Shown here: piece after piece, positions 61,523 through 64,000 of the stretch
Layout of the letters: each line of letters opens with the position of its first letter
Numbering within the stretch: position 1 is the first letter of the stretch
Assembly (NCBI GenBank): GCA_965200475.1
Contig: CBDAUL010000007.1
Span: 370,516 to 434,515, forward strand
Direction: 5' to 3'
DNA: 64,000 nt
Source: Vicinamibacterales bacterium
GTDB lineage: Bacteria; Acidobacteriota; Vicinamibacteria; Vicinamibacterales; UBA8438
Translations under genes and position numbers: made by a program
Notes under the pieces: generated by a model
Told to the model about the DNA's origin: nothing
Databases searched by the model: none
Seen by the model: the letters and a program-made list of their open reading frames with translations, nothing else

Positions 61523-62719
61523 TCATGACGTATCAATGATGTCTGGCCGCGGGTACGCACGTGGCACGGTCTCGACCACCGTCATGTGTCCGTCGCCGCA
61601 GCTCGGACACGTGCGCAGCGACTCTTCGGTGAGCACTTCGTGGTGATCGCGATAGTCGGGTGGCGGGTCGGCGGGGCGCGGCGGCGCCATTCCGAGCAGT
61701 TCCCGGCAGCGGGCCAGCTTCGCAGTCCGGTGGCGATTGCCGAACAGGCCGTAGTAGCGAATGCGGTGGAAGCCGGTCGGCAGCACGTGCAGCAGAAACC
61801 GCCGGATGAACTCCGGTGCGCTGAGCGTGGCCGTGGCGACCGAGGGGGGTTCGGTCCGGGAGTTCCGATACCGGAAGCGGACCTGGCCGGCCTCGACATC
61901 GACCAGTCGATCGTCGGAGATGGCCACGCGGTGCGTGTAGCGACCCACGTAGTCGAGCACCTGCTGCGGGCCGCCGAATGGAGGTTTGGCGTAGACCACC
62001 CACTCGGTCTCACGCGCGGGCGCCAGGTGCGCGACGAACGCGCGACGCTCGGTCAGGGTGCTCAGCGTTCCGCCGAAGCGCAGCCGCCCGGTGTCGAAGG
62101 CTTCTTCGAGGTGCCTGAGAAAGAGGCGGCGGAATAGGCGGGAGAGCACACGCACCGGCAAGAAGAATCCCGGCCGGCACGCGACCCAGCGCGCCCCGTC
62201 GCTGGAGAGCCCGCCCCCGGGAACCACGCAATGCAGGTGCGGGTGCAGACCGAGGGTCTGGTCCCACGTGTGCAGCACCGCGATGAAGCCGATCTCGGCG
62301 CCCAAGTGTTCCGGATCGGCGGCGATCGTGCGCAGCGTCTCGGCGGTGGCCCGGAACAGGATCCCGTAGACGGCGGCGGGATTCTGCAGGGCGATCGCCG
62401 CCACCACCTGCGGTACGGTGAAGACGACGTGGAAGTACTCGCAGTCGAGCAGCTCCGCGGTGCGGGCATCGACCCATCGCGCCCGCGCCAACGATTGACA
62501 CGAGGGGCAATGCCGGTTGCGGCAGCTGTTGTACCAGACCCGCTTGTGACCGCAGCGGTCGCACGCCTCGACATGGCCGCCGAGCGCCGCGGTCCGACAC
62601 TGCTCGATGGCAGCCATCACGCGCAGGTGCGCGGTCGACAACGCGGCCCCGGCCCGGGCACGATACACGTCGCCGTAGCGGCGGAAGACCTCCGCCACGC
62701 GAAGGAGCGAACGAGCCAC
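61523..62719 (-). CDS. IS91-family (HUH Y2 rolling-circle) transposase
   Basis: N-terminal zinc-binding region (CRTAALGGHVEACDRCGH..VWYNSCRNRHCPSC). HUH region (HTWDQTLGLHPHLHCVV). Y2 region (VLDYVGRYTHRVAISDDRL). C-terminal CPSCG. Confidence 0.88.
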   Translation of the reverse strand: MARSLLRVAEVFRRYGDVYRARAGAALSTAHLRVMAAIEQCRTAALGGHVEACDRCGHKRVWYNSCRNRHCPSCQSLARARWVDARTAELLDCEYFHVVFTVPQVVAAIALQNPAAVYGILFRATAETLRTIAADPEHLGAEIGFIAVLHTWDQTLGLHPHLHCVVPGGGLSSDGARWVACRPGFFLPVRVLSRLFRRLFLRHLEEAFDTGRLRFGGTLSTLTERRAFVAHLAPARETEWVVYAKPPFGGPQQVLDYVGRYTHRVAISDDRLVDVEAGQVRFRYRNSRTEPPSVATATLSAPEFIRRFLLHVLPTGFHRIRYYGLFGNRHRTAKLARCRELLGMAPPRPADPPPDYRDHHEVLTEESLRTCPSCGDGHMTVVETVPRAYPRPDIIDTS

Positions 62720-62731
62720 GGCGGCCCCCGA

Positions 62732-63803
62732 TCAGTGCGTGGGGACCGACGCGGTCTCCGGCCGGGGCAGCAAGTCGAGCGGGCTGGTCGCCGAACAGAC
62801 CTTGGTCGTCGCCAAGCGGAGGTAGCGCGCCGTGGTCTCCAGCCGCCGATGACCGAGCAGCAGCTGAATGGTGCGGACGTCGGTGCCGACTTCCAGCAGG
62901 TGAACGGCGAACGCGTGGCGGAGCGAGTGCGGCGTCACCGGCTTGCCTAGTCGCCGCTTCCCCAACAGCTCCCGGAATCTACGCAAGCGCCCTGTCGGCG
63001 AAGCTGTCCGCGTCTGGCGCCTCGTACACCCCGCAACCACGCCATACCGCTCCACCACGCTGCCACCTGCCCCGTGTGGCAACCGAAGACCTCCTTCGCT
63101 CAACGATCAGGGCTCGGCCAGCGACCGATTCGACGACGTCAAGAATTTTCCGGGCTAGCCGACTGCGATACCGGGCGAGGCGACACGCCCACTGGACGGT
63201 CCCCTTCTGCATCGGCTGCTCCGGATTTCGCCCCGGGAAGAGCCACCGGGCCGGCCGCTCGACCCGCCACCAGGCCCGCAACTGCTGGAGCAGCGTCGGC
63301 GAGAGCATGACATAGCGATCTCGAGCGCCCTTGCCCTGTGCGACATGCAGGACCATCCGGTTGCTGTCGACGTTGGCAACCTGGAGCCGCAGCGCCTCGC
63401 CGAGTCGCAACCCCGCGGCGTAGCACGTGGTGAGGATCATGCGGTGCTTGGGACGCGCCACGCCGGCGAGAAACCGAACGACCTCTTCGGGGCTCAGGAT
63501 GACCGGCAGCGTCTCGCCGCGCTTCGGCAACGGTAGGGCCTCGACCGCCCAGTCCCGCTTGAGCGTGACCTGATAGAGGAAACGCAGCGCTGCCACGGTG
63601 CCCGCCACTGACGTCGGCGCGAGCTGCCGGTCATCGATCAAGTGCAACTGGTAGGTCCGGATGTCCTCGGGACCCAGCAGCTCGGGAGATTGCCCGTGGT
63701 AACGCGCGAATTTCGCAACCTGCCGAAGGTACGAGGTTTGCGTCTCGGCCGCCAGGTTCCGGATCCGCATGTCGTCGAGCATCCGTTGGCGAAGCACGGT
63801 CAT
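62732..63803 (-). pseudogene. Phage-integrase-family tyrosine recombinase interrupted by a 208-bp insertion
   Basis: SAM-like N-terminal domain (MLDDMRIRNLAAETQTSYLRQVAKFARY...) and catalytic R (AGLRLGEALRLQVANVD). The frame is lost after ...VQWACRLARYRSRL and resumes as [43 protein letters not shown]. Removing 62951..63158 restores the frame and the normal spacing. Confidence 0.8.
62951..63158. other. 208-bp insertion flanked by CTAG direct repeats inside the recombinase gene
   Basis: CTAG at 62947..62950 and at 63155..63158. The length is not a multiple of 3. Excision gives cgc agt cgg cta ggc aag ccg gtg acg (RSRLGKPVT) in frame. No clear terminal inverted repeats. Confidence 0.6.
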
Positions 63804-64000
63804 GGTGAGACTCCTCCGTGAACAGCACCGGCCTGGTCCATCCAGGCGGTCGTGCAGAGGAGCCTACGGAGGACGACGAGGAGCGAAAGGGATCAGGAAG
63901 CAGTCGGATGGAGACCGACCGATCCGGTCGGCGTGTGCCTGGCTCCCGCGAAGCGGGTTAGTTCAATACCCGATCAACAGCATCCGGAAATACCGCCCGG

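Larger units (their letters stand above)
61275..63967 (-). mobile_element. Tyrosine recombinase + IS91-family transposase unit bounded by 16-bp inverted repeats
   Basis: ATTGAACTAAGCCGCT (61275..61290) matches the reverse complement of 63952..63967 (ATTGAACTAACCCGCT) at 15/16 positions. The two genes are co-oriented and 12 nt apart. Confidence 0.6.

Overview
High-GC (~70%) chromosomal window from a diderm bacterium. Gene content (BamD, DUF1592/DUF1552 pair, PQQ dehydrogenases) suggests an Acidobacteriota/Gemmatimonadota-like organism, but that is inference only. All family names come from reading the translations and from memory; no searches were run. Layout: (1) 1-10.9 kb, minus strand: a small exported-protein trio and a PQQ dehydrogenase, then the tightly coupled housekeeping operon def-fmt-rsmB-PASTA-rpe-thioesterase-epimerase-bamD. 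(2) 11-32.9 kb and 40.5-55 kb: a region rich in secreted or periplasmic enzymes. It holds a linalool-dehydratase-like protein, two type-B carboxylesterases, a second PQQ dehydrogenase, a sigma-54 activator, a heme-c/copper-monooxygenase-like protein, DUF1592, DUF1552, an ankyrin protein, an epoxide hydrolase, a sulfite-oxidase-like molybdoenzyme, four secreted SnoaL-like proteins, and five paralogs of an uncharacterised secreted family ending in an ACHEGNY motif. (3) 32.9-40.5 kb: an inserted island. One complete group II intron is nested inside the reverse-transcriptase gene of another. The outer intron appears to split the 5' end of a DUF222-HNH gene. The island also carries decayed fragments of a DUF1156-methylase/SNF2-helicase defence locus. 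(4) 51.5-53.4 kb: a hipBA-like toxin-antitoxin pair with an unusually long HipB. (5) 55.4-64 kb: an insertion-sequence graveyard. It contains a frameshifted IS1634-like gene cut by an IS21-like element, duplicated and interleaved transposase fragments, and a tyrosine-recombinase + IS91-like unit bounded by 16-bp inverted repeats, whose recombinase is broken by a precise 208-bp insertion. No rRNA, tRNA or CRISPR array was seen. The most interesting items are the nested introns, the five-member ACHEGNY family, the cytochrome/monooxygenase-DUF1592-DUF1552-ankyrin cluster, and the interleaved transposase mosaic.
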